Assembly (NCBI GenBank): GCA_014729395.1
Contig: WJJZ01000010.1
Coordinates: 92,544-156,543 of the forward strand
Length of the DNA: 64,000 nt
Direction of reading: 5' to 3'
DNA from: Candidatus Magasanikiibacteriota bacterium
GTDB taxonomy: Bacteria > Patescibacteriota > Patescibacteriia > Magasanikbacterales > UBA922
Shown here one piece after another: positions 1 to 8,757 of the stretch (position 1 is the stretch's first letter; every line of letters begins with the position of its first letter). The notes under the pieces are model-generated. The model made no database searches and had not been told where the DNA came from. It saw only the letters and a program-made list of their open reading frames with translations. A program made the position numbers and the translations under genes.

Positions 1-111
1 ATAGTACTTCATTGATTAAACAGATTAGTTTAATTACACTGATTATTCAGACCAAAACTGACAATTATATAATCAGTGTATTTTTCGAACCAATCCGCAT
101 AACTCTTCGTA

Positions 112-543
112 CTAAACACCAAGTTCTGCCATCTGCTCAGCAATTGAAGTGCTTTCTTTTTCAGTTTTAGTCTTATAATTAAGCCACTTACTCTTATCCC
201 AGACTTCCAGCCGGTTGTACAGACCAGCTACGGTTACATTTTTTTTTAGTCCGGCAAAAGTACGCAAATAATCCGGTAAAATAATTCTACCTTGCTTATC
301 CAATTTAACGTCCATTGCGCCTGCCAGCATCAATCTGGTAAAAGCACGGGCTTTGGCTTGTGAAAAAGGCAGCTCTGCCAATTTTTGAGCTAATTTTTCC
401 CACTCTTCTTTTGTATAAAGAAATAAGCAGTTATCCAAACCTCTTGTCACAACTGCTCCTTTACCCAGCTTCGCTCTAAATTTTTTTGGTACGGCCAAAC
501 GTCCTTTATCGTCAATATTGTGATAATACTCTCCGATGAACAT
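112..543 (-). CDS. mraZ: Transcriptional regulator MraZ (division/cell-wall cluster)
   Basis: 143-aa ORF with two MraZ-type repeats, each carrying a DxxxR motif (DDKGRLAVP and DKQGRIILP). Its size and the duplicated-domain architecture are typical of MraZ. Confidence 0.85.
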   Translation of the reverse strand: MFIGEYYHNIDDKGRLAVPKKFRAKLGKGAVVTRGLDNCLFLYTKEEWEKLAQKLAELPFSQAKARAFTRLMLAGAMDVKLDKQGRIILPDYLRTFAGLKKNVTVAGLYNRLEVWDKSKWLNYKTKTEKESTSIAEQMAELGV

Positions 544-685
544 AGATAAATATAAAACGCAAAACTACTAATTTCTAAACTACAAAATCTTTTTGTAATT
601 TGAATAATTTGTAATTTCGATTTTTTAATAGATAGACAAGCATCTTATCTATTTGGTGAGCGAAACTTGAAGGAAAAAGCAGATT

Positions 686-701
686 CCCCACTTATCCCCA
701 C
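686..701 (-). promoter_or_regulatory. Candidate MraZ operator: two GTGGGG direct repeats with 10-bp periodicity, about 145 nt upstream of mraZ
   Basis: The plus strand reads ccccacttatccccac, so the minus strand reads GTGGGGATAAGTGGGG. Established MraZ operators are direct GTGGG/TGGGN repeats with 10-bp spacing upstream of mraZ. Confidence 0.4.
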
Positions 702-818
702 TTGTTACCATTATAAAACACTTTTGTTAACTTTGCAACCATTTTTATACTCATTTTATCCACAAGTCTCCGCACCGCCATGACTGGGATGTGCCTTGTA
801 AACTGGTTTTGTTTCGAG

Positions 819-844
819 ATAAAAAAACAACCTTTTCGGTTGTT
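819..844 (-). terminator. Intrinsic terminator downstream of uvrC
   Basis: On the minus strand, a GGTTGTT/AACAACC stem with a 5-nt loop is followed by a run of T (plus-strand A tract 821-827). It lies just 3' of the uvrC stop. Confidence 0.5.
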
Positions 845-869
845 ATTTCCAATTTCTATATTAAATATC

Positions 870-2165
870 TTAAATTCTACCCTTTCTTAACTTCCTCTGG
901 TAACTAACAGCAAATCTATGTGCCTCGTCTCTCACTTGAATTAATATTTTTTGATTTTTATTTACCCATTCAACCAAATCTTTCTTTTTGGATCCTAAAA
1001 TAAATTCATTTTTCTTGCGCTTTGGACCTTTTGCAATGCCGACCACGGGAATATTAATATTTTTTTCTTTTAAGATTTTCTTAACTCGGTTGACTTGGGG
1101 TTTACCACCGTCGATTAGAAATAAGTTTGGTAGTGGCCAAATATTTTTTTGAGACGCATTGTCTCGTTTTTTAGACGTACTGCCGTTCGTCTCTACTACG
1201 CTGTGCTTTAAACGTCGTCTAATCACCTCTTCCAAACAATCAACATCACTCTGACCTTTGATTGTTTTAATTTTAAATTTTCTATACTGATATTTATCCG
1301 GCTCAGCGTTCACAAATACCACCATAGAACCAACTTTGCCACTTGCTCCCAAATTTGAAATATCATAACCTTCTATTTTTATATGATCCTGTCGAACATC
1401 TTCATTAGTGGGTTTTTTAAAAAAATCAATATTCAATAACGCAATGTCTTGAATTCTCTGTAAAGCTTTTATCTGATTTCTAAGTCTGGCCGCCTCTTCG
1501 TACTCTTGATCCTTGGAAGCTTTATCCATCTTCTGCTCCAGATTTTTTATCAAATTTTTTTTATTTCCACGCAAAAACATGACAAGAGGGCTGATAACTT
1601 TTTGTTTATAATTTTTAGGATCTATTTCATTTATACAAACTCCGAGACACTGCCCCATTTCATAATATAGGCATGGTCTCTTGCTACCGGGTTTACATGA
1701 AGAAATATTAAAAAGTTTTGACAATATTTTCATCACCATCTTGGTATTCAAACCCGGAAAAGGACCAAAAAGATGTTTAAAATTTTTCATCTGTTTTTTA
1801 TCCAACTGTTTCAATTCATGTTCACGAATAAAAACCACTTGTGGATATTCATCTTTCGTTATTGCGATATAATTCCAACTTTTATCATCCTTACCAAGTA
1901 CATTGTATTTTGGCTTATATTTTTTTATAAAATTCGCCTCCGCTATTACCGCTTCGAGTACTGAATCCGTGCTTTGCCATTTTACGTCCTTTACTTCATG
2001 GAACATATCTTCAATTGGACGATTACTGCTCTTTCCTGAAAAATAACTTTTAATTCTTGATCTAAGTGAGCTGGCTTTACCAACATAAATAATATTTTTT
2101 TTATCATTATAAAAAAAATATACTCCCGGTGTTGTTGGTATCTTTGAAAAATTAATTTTTTTCAT
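870..2165 (-). CDS. uvrC: Excinuclease ABC subunit C (UvrC), short form lacking the C-terminal (HhH)2 domain
   Basis: N-terminal GIY-YIG motif (GVYFFYN...IIYVGKASSLRSRIKSY), a central UvrB-interacting UVR segment (EEAARLRNQIKALQ) and a C-terminal RNase H-like endonuclease region. At 431 aa it is much shorter than canonical UvrC (about 600 aa), and no HhH tail is present. Confidence 0.85.
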   Translation of the reverse strand: MKKINFSKIPTTPGVYFFYNDKKNIIYVGKASSLRSRIKSYFSGKSSNRPIEDMFHEVKDVKWQSTDSVLEAVIAEANFIKKYKPKYNVLGKDDKSWNYIAITKDEYPQVVFIREHELKQLDKKQMKNFKHLFGPFPGLNTKMVMKILSKLFNISSCKPGSKRPCLYYEMGQCLGVCINEIDPKNYKQKVISPLVMFLRGNKKNLIKNLEQKMDKASKDQEYEEAARLRNQIKALQRIQDIALLNIDFFKKPTNEDVRQDHIKIEGYDISNLGASGKVGSMVVFVNAEPDKYQYRKFKIKTIKGQSDVDCLEEVIRRRLKHSVVETNGSTSKKRDNASQKNIWPLPNLFLIDGGKPQVNRVKKILKEKNINIPVVGIAKGPKRKKNEFILGSKKKDLVEWVNKNQKILIQVRDEAHRFAVSYQRKLRKGRI

Positions 2166-2216
2166 ATATTTCTTGACCCAAAAAACTAAAAATTATATAG
2201 TTTATAAGTAACCCTG

Positions 2217-3935
2217 GTGGTCTTTGGCATTTTTAGATTAACACTTGTTCAATTTTTTATCAATAAAAATATGACTAAATTAGGAAAAATTTTACTTCTA
2301 ATTATATTTATCGGCAGTCTTGTTGCCGGTCTATATTATACCGGTTTTTTAAATACGGAAACATTTGCCAGTGTAAAAAAAACCGTCTTGGAAAAAATTG
2401 ACAATAAAAAAATGAATTCCGAACCGGTAGAGGCGGAAATTGAGTCTGAGTCTGAAGCATCATATGCGGAATTAGTTTATACCGAAGGTGAGGTTTATAA
2501 ATTAAGAGACGAAAAACCCATTCAAATTGAAGAAGGTGAAATAATAAATAAATCAGATGAACTAAAAACCAATTCAAATAGTAAAGCGGAAATAATTTTT
2601 TTTGATAATAGCAGAATAAGACTTGCGGAAAATACTCGAATTAAAATTGAGTCAATGATTGACAAAGAAATTATTATAAAATTAATCGAAGGAGAAGTCT
2701 ATAACCGAGTCATGACAAATGATAAAAGAAATTACCAAATATATTATAATGATTTAATAAGTTCCGCATTGGGGACCGCTTTTTCCCTTTCCTCTCAAGA
2801 TAAAAAAATAAATATAAAAGTATTTGAAAGCAAAGTTGGTGTTGATTATGACGAAAATCATAGAGAATTGGATGCCGGTGAATTATTGGAAATAGCAAAA
2901 GAAACAAGAGAAGTTACAAAAATGGAAATGGATCTTGAAAGCGAACTAAATAATGATTTTTTTAAATGGAATAAACAAATGGACGAAGACAACGACTTTG
3001 AAATCAGTATTTTTGAAGATAATGAAACGGAGGAAAAAGATGAAGAAGATACCGGCGACAAAAATATTACAGCTTCGATCGACGGGGTTAATGTAAGCTG
3101 GCAAACTGATTTGAAGCCGAATAATGGGTTTAAAATCATTTGGTCAAAAGAACCCAAACCAAGCTACCCGATTCGATACAGTGATAAATATTTTTACTAT
3201 AAAAACCCCGAAGTAAGAAGTGGAAAAATTGATAATTTTGATGGTGATGGTAAGTACTACGTTCGCGTCTGTGTATATCAAAATTCTGTCTGTAAAAAAT
3301 ACAGCAATGAAGTTACAACCTATTTGGGAAATAATACCGAAAAAGAAGAAGGCGAATCCAATACTGTTAACTCTATTACATTAAATTTGGAAGGCAGTAC
3401 AGCCAATTGGTCGGTTGACGGTTATTCTCCCAAGGGATACAAATTACTCTGGTCAAAAAACCCAAAACCGAGTTACCCAACCAGAGCCGGTGATAAATAT
3501 GCTTATTATAGTAATCCAAATAGCAGAAGCGGTGAAGTTGATCTATTTGACGGCCCGGGAACTTATTATGTCCGTGTTTGCGAGTATTTGGGAGGAAAAT
3601 GTGGTCTTTACAGCAATCAAGTTACCGTAGAGCTTGGAACCGCAGGTAACGATGAAGTGGTCAATTCTATAAATTTAACTGTAAATGCTGACACAGCATC
3701 TTGGTCTGTTGATGGTTATTCTCCCAAAGGATACAAACTTTTATGGTCAAAAAATCCCGAACCCACCTACCCTACTCGTTCCGGAGATAAATATAGTTAC
3801 CTTAGTAACCCGGATACAAGATCAGGCAGTTTACATGCCTTTGATGGTCCCGGCACTTATTATATAAGAGTGTGTGAATACTTGGGCGGAGCTTGCGGAG
3901 TGTACAGTAATCAGGTTACGGTGGAATTAGATTAG
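2217..3935 (+). CDS. Secreted/membrane-anchored protein with an N-terminal TM segment, a FecR-like segment and three tandem ~85-aa Cys-containing beta-sandwich repeats
   Basis: N-terminal hydrophobic segment (LLLIIFIGSLVAGLYY). Three near-identical repeats share W..DG.SPKGYKLLWSKNP.P.YP.R.GDKY.Y.SNP..RSG..D.FDGPG.YY.RVCEYLGG.CG.YSNQVTVEL. A terminator hairpin follows the gene. Confidence 0.7.
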   Translation: MVFGIFRLTLVQFFINKNMTKLGKILLLIIFIGSLVAGLYYTGFLNTETFASVKKTVLEKIDNKKMNSEPVEAEIESESEASYAELVYTEGEVYKLRDEKPIQIEEGEIINKSDELKTNSNSKAEIIFFDNSRIRLAENTRIKIESMIDKEIIIKLIEGEVYNRVMTNDKRNYQIYYNDLISSALGTAFSLSSQDKKINIKVFESKVGVDYDENHRELDAGELLEIAKETREVTKMEMDLESELNNDFFKWNKQMDEDNDFEISIFEDNETEEKDEEDTGDKNITASIDGVNVSWQTDLKPNNGFKIIWSKEPKPSYPIRYSDKYFYYKNPEVRSGKIDNFDGDGKYYVRVCVYQNSVCKKYSNEVTTYLGNNTEKEEGESNTVNSITLNLEGSTANWSVDGYSPKGYKLLWSKNPKPSYPTRAGDKYAYYSNPNSRSGEVDLFDGPGTYYVRVCEYLGGKCGLYSNQVTVELGTAGNDEVVNSINLTVNADTASWSVDGYSPKGYKLLWSKNPEPTYPTRSGDKYSYLSNPDTRSGSLHAFDGPGTYYIRVCEYLGGACGVYSNQVTVELD

Positions 3936-3952
3936 ACCGGTATTAAAAAAAG

Positions 3953-3978
3953 GTCGTCCTGTTTTAAGGACGATTTTT
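3953..3978 (+). terminator. Intrinsic terminator after the repeat-protein gene
   Basis: TCGTCC/GGACGA stem with an 8-nt loop, followed by TTTTTT. Confidence 0.6.
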
Positions 3979-4046
3979 TATTAGTAGTAAGTTGTTATAG
4001 ACAAAAAACTTATAACTTTATAACTTACTACTTACATCTAAAAGCC

Positions 4047-4075
4047 TTTGACAAAAAATACTGTTTCCTCTAATA
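4047..4075 (+). promoter_or_regulatory. Sigma70-like promoter (TTGACA-17-TAATAT) for the 4122-5270 gene
   Basis: Consensus -35 TTGACA at 4047-4052, a 17-nt spacer and TAATAT at 4070-4075. A strong SD (GAAGGAGA) sits 6 nt before the ATG at 4122. Confidence 0.55.
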
Positions 4076-4121
4076 TAAAAAACCAAAAATAATCGACCTT
4101 TTACATCCGAAGGAGACCACC

Positions 4122-5270
4122 ATGGCCTACAAAACAAAGATTATTGATTACAAACCGCCTCGCAAGGATGCCAATACCGAGCAAATTGAGGTCAAGCTAA
4201 TACCGGACAGCAAAGGCAGGTTGGTCTTTGACCATGATCGTGATTTTTATTATTATCATGTAAAAGATGGTATCTGGATTAAAGTCAAACATGGACTTTA
4301 CCGTCTAAAACGTGTTTTTTCTTCAATGTTACTTACCTACTCTTATCTGGAATTGCCCTTAATCGAAAAAATAGAAAAAGAATGTGATAATGTGCACGTT
4401 GAATACTTGCGTACAGATAAAGACAATCGCCCTTATCTGGGTACGGTACTTTCGAAACTACAGCTTGCAATCGGCCGAGTAAGGGATGAAGACAAGGTCG
4501 CCGGTAAAAAACAAATTATTTTCTGTCGCCAACTAAGTTCATTGGAATCCGACAAGGAAACAGATGATATCGTTGTCGGTGTATTGAGGGCTCATACCAT
4601 GAAAGCGATTGCACGCTTTCAAAAACGACTGGCTACGATCCATCGCATTCAACCCAGGGTTCTTTTCTTATATACGAGGATAGAACGTATGATAGAACAA
4701 ATCGAGCAATTGAACCATCGCTCTCTTCACTATCTGGAACAGGTCTTGGAACATAGCCAAAGTCTTCAAACCGGTGAAGTCAGTGCTCAGGGTCACAAAC
4801 CTCTTATCAAAGAGTATCTACGAAAAACCGCGGAAAGCATACATCAAACCAATATTAAACCTTTCACCAGAACCCGCGAAAAACTCTTGCAGGAAATTCG
4901 GGAAGCCAAAGAATATATGTCTGCCAATAACTGGCAAGCTCTAAATAAAGTTACCCTAATAATGATAAATTCTTTGAAACTGAAATCACTCCGGGGTCCT
5001 CTGGAAAACATCATGATTGATCTTTCCTTGGGCATCCGTCGCCGCGAGCTCTTCTCAGCTTCGAGGCAATCCAAAGTATATGATCTCATCAGTAAAATAA
5101 CAACACAAGACTTAATTGAAATTGATGAAAGCGGCTTCGAAATCCCGGTAGCTGACAGAGTAGCCGGATATCTTGAGAAGGCTCGACTTCTACTGAAGCA
5201 ACCAGAGCCTAACAGGGAGGATCTAAAGGAGACCAAAAAATACATTGATGAGGCCATTGGCCTAATATAA
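4122..5270 (+). CDS. Hypothetical protein (382 aa), compositionally atypical with higher GC than its neighbours, as a stand-alone transcription unit
   Basis: Long ORF with its own consensus promoter, strong RBS and a bidirectional terminator at 5280-5302. Codon composition is visibly GC-richer than the flanking genes. No recognisable motif. Confidence 0.7.
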   Translation: MAYKTKIIDYKPPRKDANTEQIEVKLIPDSKGRLVFDHDRDFYYYHVKDGIWIKVKHGLYRLKRVFSSMLLTYSYLELPLIEKIEKECDNVHVEYLRTDKDNRPYLGTVLSKLQLAIGRVRDEDKVAGKKQIIFCRQLSSLESDKETDDIVVGVLRAHTMKAIARFQKRLATIHRIQPRVLFLYTRIERMIEQIEQLNHRSLHYLEQVLEHSQSLQTGEVSAQGHKPLIKEYLRKTAESIHQTNIKPFTRTREKLLQEIREAKEYMSANNWQALNKVTLIMINSLKLKSLRGPLENIMIDLSLGIRRRELFSASRQSKVYDLISKITTQDLIEIDESGFEIPVADRVAGYLEKARLLLKQPEPNREDLKETKKYIDEAIGLI

Positions 5271-5279
5271 AACAATGAA

Positions 5280-5302
5280 CCCCGACTTTTGCCGGGGTTT
5301 TC
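5280..5302. terminator. Bidirectional terminator hairpin between the 382-aa gene (+) and uvrA (-)
   Basis: CCCCG/CGGGG stem flanked by an A-rich 5' side and a T-rich 3' side. Confidence 0.5.
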
Positions 5303-7876
5303 TTATTTCCTTTTCAAAAATCTTTTCAAATACCTGCCAGTATAGCTGGGACCATAAATTGCTACTTGCTCAGGTGTACCAACAGTTACCAATTCACCAC
5401 CCTTGTCGCCCCCTTCAGGACCAAGATCTATAATCCAATCAGCACATTTTATAAGATCTAAATTATGTTCAATTACCATTACAGTATTTCCTTTACCAAC
5501 CAAGTCTTGTAAAACTGAAATAAGCTTTTTGACATCATCATAATGAAGACCTGTTGTAGGCTCATCCAATAAAAATAAAGTTTTGGTTGTACTTTTTTTA
5601 GCCAGTTCTTTACTTAGTTTTATCCTCTGTGCCTCACCGCCGGACAAAGTCTTGGCAGACTGACCTAATGTTAAATAATCCAAACCAACCCGACTCAACA
5701 TTTTTAATTTGTCGGCAATAACGGGAATGTCCATAAAAAAATCTTTTGCCTCGGCTATAGTCATATCTAGCACATCAGCAATATTCTTATCTTTATAATG
5801 AACTTGCAAAGTTTCATGATTAAATCTTTTTCCTTTGCATGCATCACATACAATCTCCACACTGGGCAAAAAATGCATCTCTATTTCCAAAACCCCTCTA
5901 CCTTCACAATTTTCACAACGACCCTGCGGACGATTGAAACTAAAACGACCGGGTTTATAACCTCTTATTCTAGCTTCCGGTGTAGCAGCAAAAATATCTC
6001 TAATACCGGTATAGGCTCCGGTATAAGTAGCCGGGTTAGACCGCGGACTTCTCCCGATTGGATTTTGATCAATTTTGATTATTTTATCCAAATAATCCAT
6101 TCCCAAGATCTCTTTGTGTTTACCGACTCTTTTTTTAACATGATGAAGCTTATTGGCAACAGATCTAAACAAAATATCATGCATCAAGGTGGATTTCCCG
6201 GAACCGGATACGCCCGTCAAACAAACAAAACGTCTAAGCGGTATTTCAACATCAATATTTTTCAAATTATGCTCAGCCGCCTTGTTTATCTTTAATTTTG
6301 GTGTAGAATTACTAATCTTTCTACGTTTATCCGGTACTACAATTTTTTCTTCCCCTCTCAAATATTTCCCAGTTAATGATTTACCCGGATCGCCAAAAGA
6401 TTTGCAACCAAAATCTCCAGTCTCCAGTCTCCAGTCTCCATTTTTTTTCTTATTTGTAACATCTAACAATTTCTCAAGCGACCCACTATATACAATCTTC
6501 CCTCCGTGTTCCCCTGCTCCCGGACCAATATCAACCACCCAGTCGCTTGTTAAAATTGTATCCTCATCATGCTCAACGGTAATGATAGTATTACCCTTGT
6601 CACATAAATCACGTAAAGTGCCCACCAGCTGATCATTGTCTTTTTGGTGCAATCCAATAGTTGGCTCGTCGAGTACATACATTGCCCCTACCAGTTGCTG
6701 ACCAACTTGAGAAGCCAATCTAATCCTCTGGGCTTCTCCACCGGAAAGAGTTCCGGCCCGACGATTTAAAGTCAAATAATGCAGGCCAACGTTTAGCATA
6801 AATTGCAAACGATTCAGAATTTCTTTCATAGCAGCGCCGACTATTTCTTTTTGTTTGTCGCTTAATTTATGATCCAAATCAACAAAAAAAGCCGCCGCTT
6901 CATCAATTGACATGGAAGTAATATGCCAAATATTTTTTCCAGCTATTTTTACATGCAAGGCGTTTTCATTTAGCCTTTTGCCTTTACAAACCGGACAAGG
7001 CTCTTCACTGAAAAGCTCTTTTGTGCCAAGACCGGTACAAAATTCACAATAACCATAAGGACTATTAAAACTAAATAATCTAGGTTCTATTTCCGGGAAA
7101 CTAAAACCATCTTTCGGACAAGAATATTCAGTACTGAAAATATTTTCGTTATTATCCGGATAAATTACTGTGCAAAGTCCGTTTGATAAATCCACAGCTG
7201 TTTCCACCGCTTCGGCCAAGCGACTTTTATCAATCTTTACGGTCGGAATTTTATCAATCACTATTTCAATTGTATGCTTTTTATTCTTAGACAAAATAAT
7301 TTTTTCTTTCAAGGATTTCATTTTTCCGTCAACCCTAACTTCGGCAAATCCTGAATTATACATATCATAAAGCATTTGATAATACTCACCCTTCCTACCA
7401 CGCACAACCGGCGACAAAATAATTAATTCTTTTTTAGTTTTTTTAATATTTTTTATAATGCGATCTACTATCTCATCCGTCGTCATCTTTTCAATCTTTG
7501 TTCCACACTTTGGACAATAGGGTTCACCAATTCTAGCAAACAAAACTCGCAGATAATCATAGATTTCCGTTAGAGTTGCAACCGTTGAGCGAGGATTAGC
7601 ACTATGAGCTTTTTGATCAATTGAAATGGCCGGTGACAAACCCTCAATCTCATCTACATCCGGCTTACTTAGACCACCTAAAAACTGTCTGGCATAAGCG
7701 GACAAACTTTCAATATATCTACGTTGACCCTCTGCAAAAATGGTATCAAAAGCCAGGCTCGACTTGCCTGAACCGGACAAACCTGTAAAAACAATCATTT
7801 TATTGCGTGGCAGCTCAAGATTAATATTTTTTAGATTATGTTCTCGAGCACCTTTTATTGTTATTTTCTCTTGCAT
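5303..7876 (-). CDS. uvrA: Excinuclease ABC subunit A (UvrA)
   Basis: Two ABC ATPase modules with Walker A (GLSGSGKSSLAFDT and [10 protein letters not shown]), ABC signatures (LSGGEAQR, twice) and zinc-finger Cys clusters. At 857 aa it is shorter than typical UvrA. Confidence 0.95.
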   Translation of the reverse strand: MQEKITIKGAREHNLKNINLELPRNKMIVFTGLSGSGKSSLAFDTIFAEGQRRYIESLSAYARQFLGGLSKPDVDEIEGLSPAISIDQKAHSANPRSTVATLTEIYDYLRVLFARIGEPYCPKCGTKIEKMTTDEIVDRIIKNIKKTKKELIILSPVVRGRKGEYYQMLYDMYNSGFAEVRVDGKMKSLKEKIILSKNKKHTIEIVIDKIPTVKIDKSRLAEAVETAVDLSNGLCTVIYPDNNENIFSTEYSCPKDGFSFPEIEPRLFSFNSPYGYCEFCTGLGTKELFSEEPCPVCKGKRLNENALHVKIAGKNIWHITSMSIDEAAAFFVDLDHKLSDKQKEIVGAAMKEILNRLQFMLNVGLHYLTLNRRAGTLSGGEAQRIRLASQVGQQLVGAMYVLDEPTIGLHQKDNDQLVGTLRDLCDKGNTIITVEHDEDTILTSDWVVDIGPGAGEHGGKIVYSGSLEKLLDVTNKKKNGDWRLETGDFGCKSFGDPGKSLTGKYLRGEEKIVVPDKRRKISNSTPKLKINKAAEHNLKNIDVEIPLRRFVCLTGVSGSGKSTLMHDILFRSVANKLHHVKKRVGKHKEILGMDYLDKIIKIDQNPIGRSPRSNPATYTGAYTGIRDIFAATPEARIRGYKPGRFSFNRPQGRCENCEGRGVLEIEMHFLPSVEIVCDACKGKRFNHETLQVHYKDKNIADVLDMTIAEAKDFFMDIPVIADKLKMLSRVGLDYLTLGQSAKTLSGGEAQRIKLSKELAKKSTTKTLFLLDEPTTGLHYDDVKKLISVLQDLVGKGNTVMVIEHNLDLIKCADWIIDLGPEGGDKGGELVTVGTPEQVAIYGPSYTGRYLKRFLKRK
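6414..6441. repeat. 7-nt tandem repeat (ctccagt, about 3.7 copies) inside the uvrA coding sequence
   Basis: Read directly from the sequence: tctccagtctccagtctccagtctcca. Three copies make 21 nt, which keeps the reading frame; a gain or loss of one unit would shift the frame. Confidence 0.8.
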
Positions 7877-8210
7877 AGATAATAATTCGGATATACTGAT
7901 AATGCGGATTTTCGGATTGTTTGGTTATAGACCGACAAACTATTCGGTTATTCCTTATCCGTATTAATAAAAATTACTTTGTTTGTTAATAATATAGTGG
8001 TCTAACACTAGACTATCCGTAAATCTGGATTATCCGTATATCCGCATCGTAATCACAAAAAGCCCCTTTTCGGGGTTAGTAATACAAAATATAAAATATT
8101 AATAAACGTACCTAGCTTAAATATTACTAAATCTAGGTAAATTTGTCAATAATATATAAATTTTATATAATAAATACATAAATAAATCTTCAAACATAAT
8201 TCAAAGTCAT

Positions 8211-8717
8211 ATGAAAAAAGTAATGGCATTATCAGGAGGGATTTTAATTTTTTTTCTGTTCTTGGGAGCCGGTTGCGCAGATCAAAATTCTACAGAAAAT
8301 GAAAATATTTTCGAGTCAAAATCGGCTGAGCAAGAAACAGATATTACAGTGACAAACCCTGATGAAGAAACGGGTGATACAGAGACTCAACCTGAAAACA
8401 CCGAAAATTTGGAACCTGTGTCTGAGTCAGAAACTACCGGTGATGAATTTTCCTTGAAAGCAGTTTCCCTGAGCAATGGTACTGTTAAACTAACATGGAA
8501 TATACCAGAAAATATGGCAGGTGAATCAATTAGAATATACCGCGGACCCAATGAAAACCCGGGACCAACAGTAAATTATTGGGTAAATCCCGGTATTGGT
8601 GCGGAAGAATATACATGGAACGATCTTTCACCGAGAACTGAATTTTTTAGACTGTGTCAGTGGCAGGACAATCAATGTGTGAAATATAGCGAAAATGTAA
8701 GTGTGGAAATTCAATAA
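8211..8717 (+). CDS. Lipoprotein with an acidic linker and a C-terminal domain homologous to the repeats of the 2217-3935 protein
   Basis: Signal peptide with a lipobox (LFLGAG|C). C-terminal C..W.DN.C.KYSENVSVEI resembles CEY.GG.CG.YSNQVTVEL. Confidence 0.7.
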   Translation: MKKVMALSGGILIFFLFLGAGCADQNSTENENIFESKSAEQETDITVTNPDEETGDTETQPENTENLEPVSESETTGDEFSLKAVSLSNGTVKLTWNIPENMAGESIRIYRGPNENPGPTVNYWVNPGIGAEEYTWNDLSPRTEFFRLCQWQDNQCVKYSENVSVEIQ

Positions 8718-8724
8718 AATATTA

Positions 8725-8753
8725 CAAAAAAATCCGCTCAATGCGGATTTTTT
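8725..8753. terminator. Bidirectional terminator between the lipoprotein gene (+) and the DUF218 gene (-)
   Basis: ATCCGC/GCGGAT stem flanked by an A tract and a T tract. Confidence 0.55.
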
Positions 8754-8757
8754 AATA

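Noticed and set aside
5798-6632. Several 150-170-aa ORFs antisense to uvrA, and similar antisense ORFs inside uvrC, uvrB, dnaK, the giant pilin and the histidine kinase.
   Set aside because: They lie entirely within well-supported genes on the opposite strand, have low-complexity composition and no motifs. These are typical shadow ORFs.
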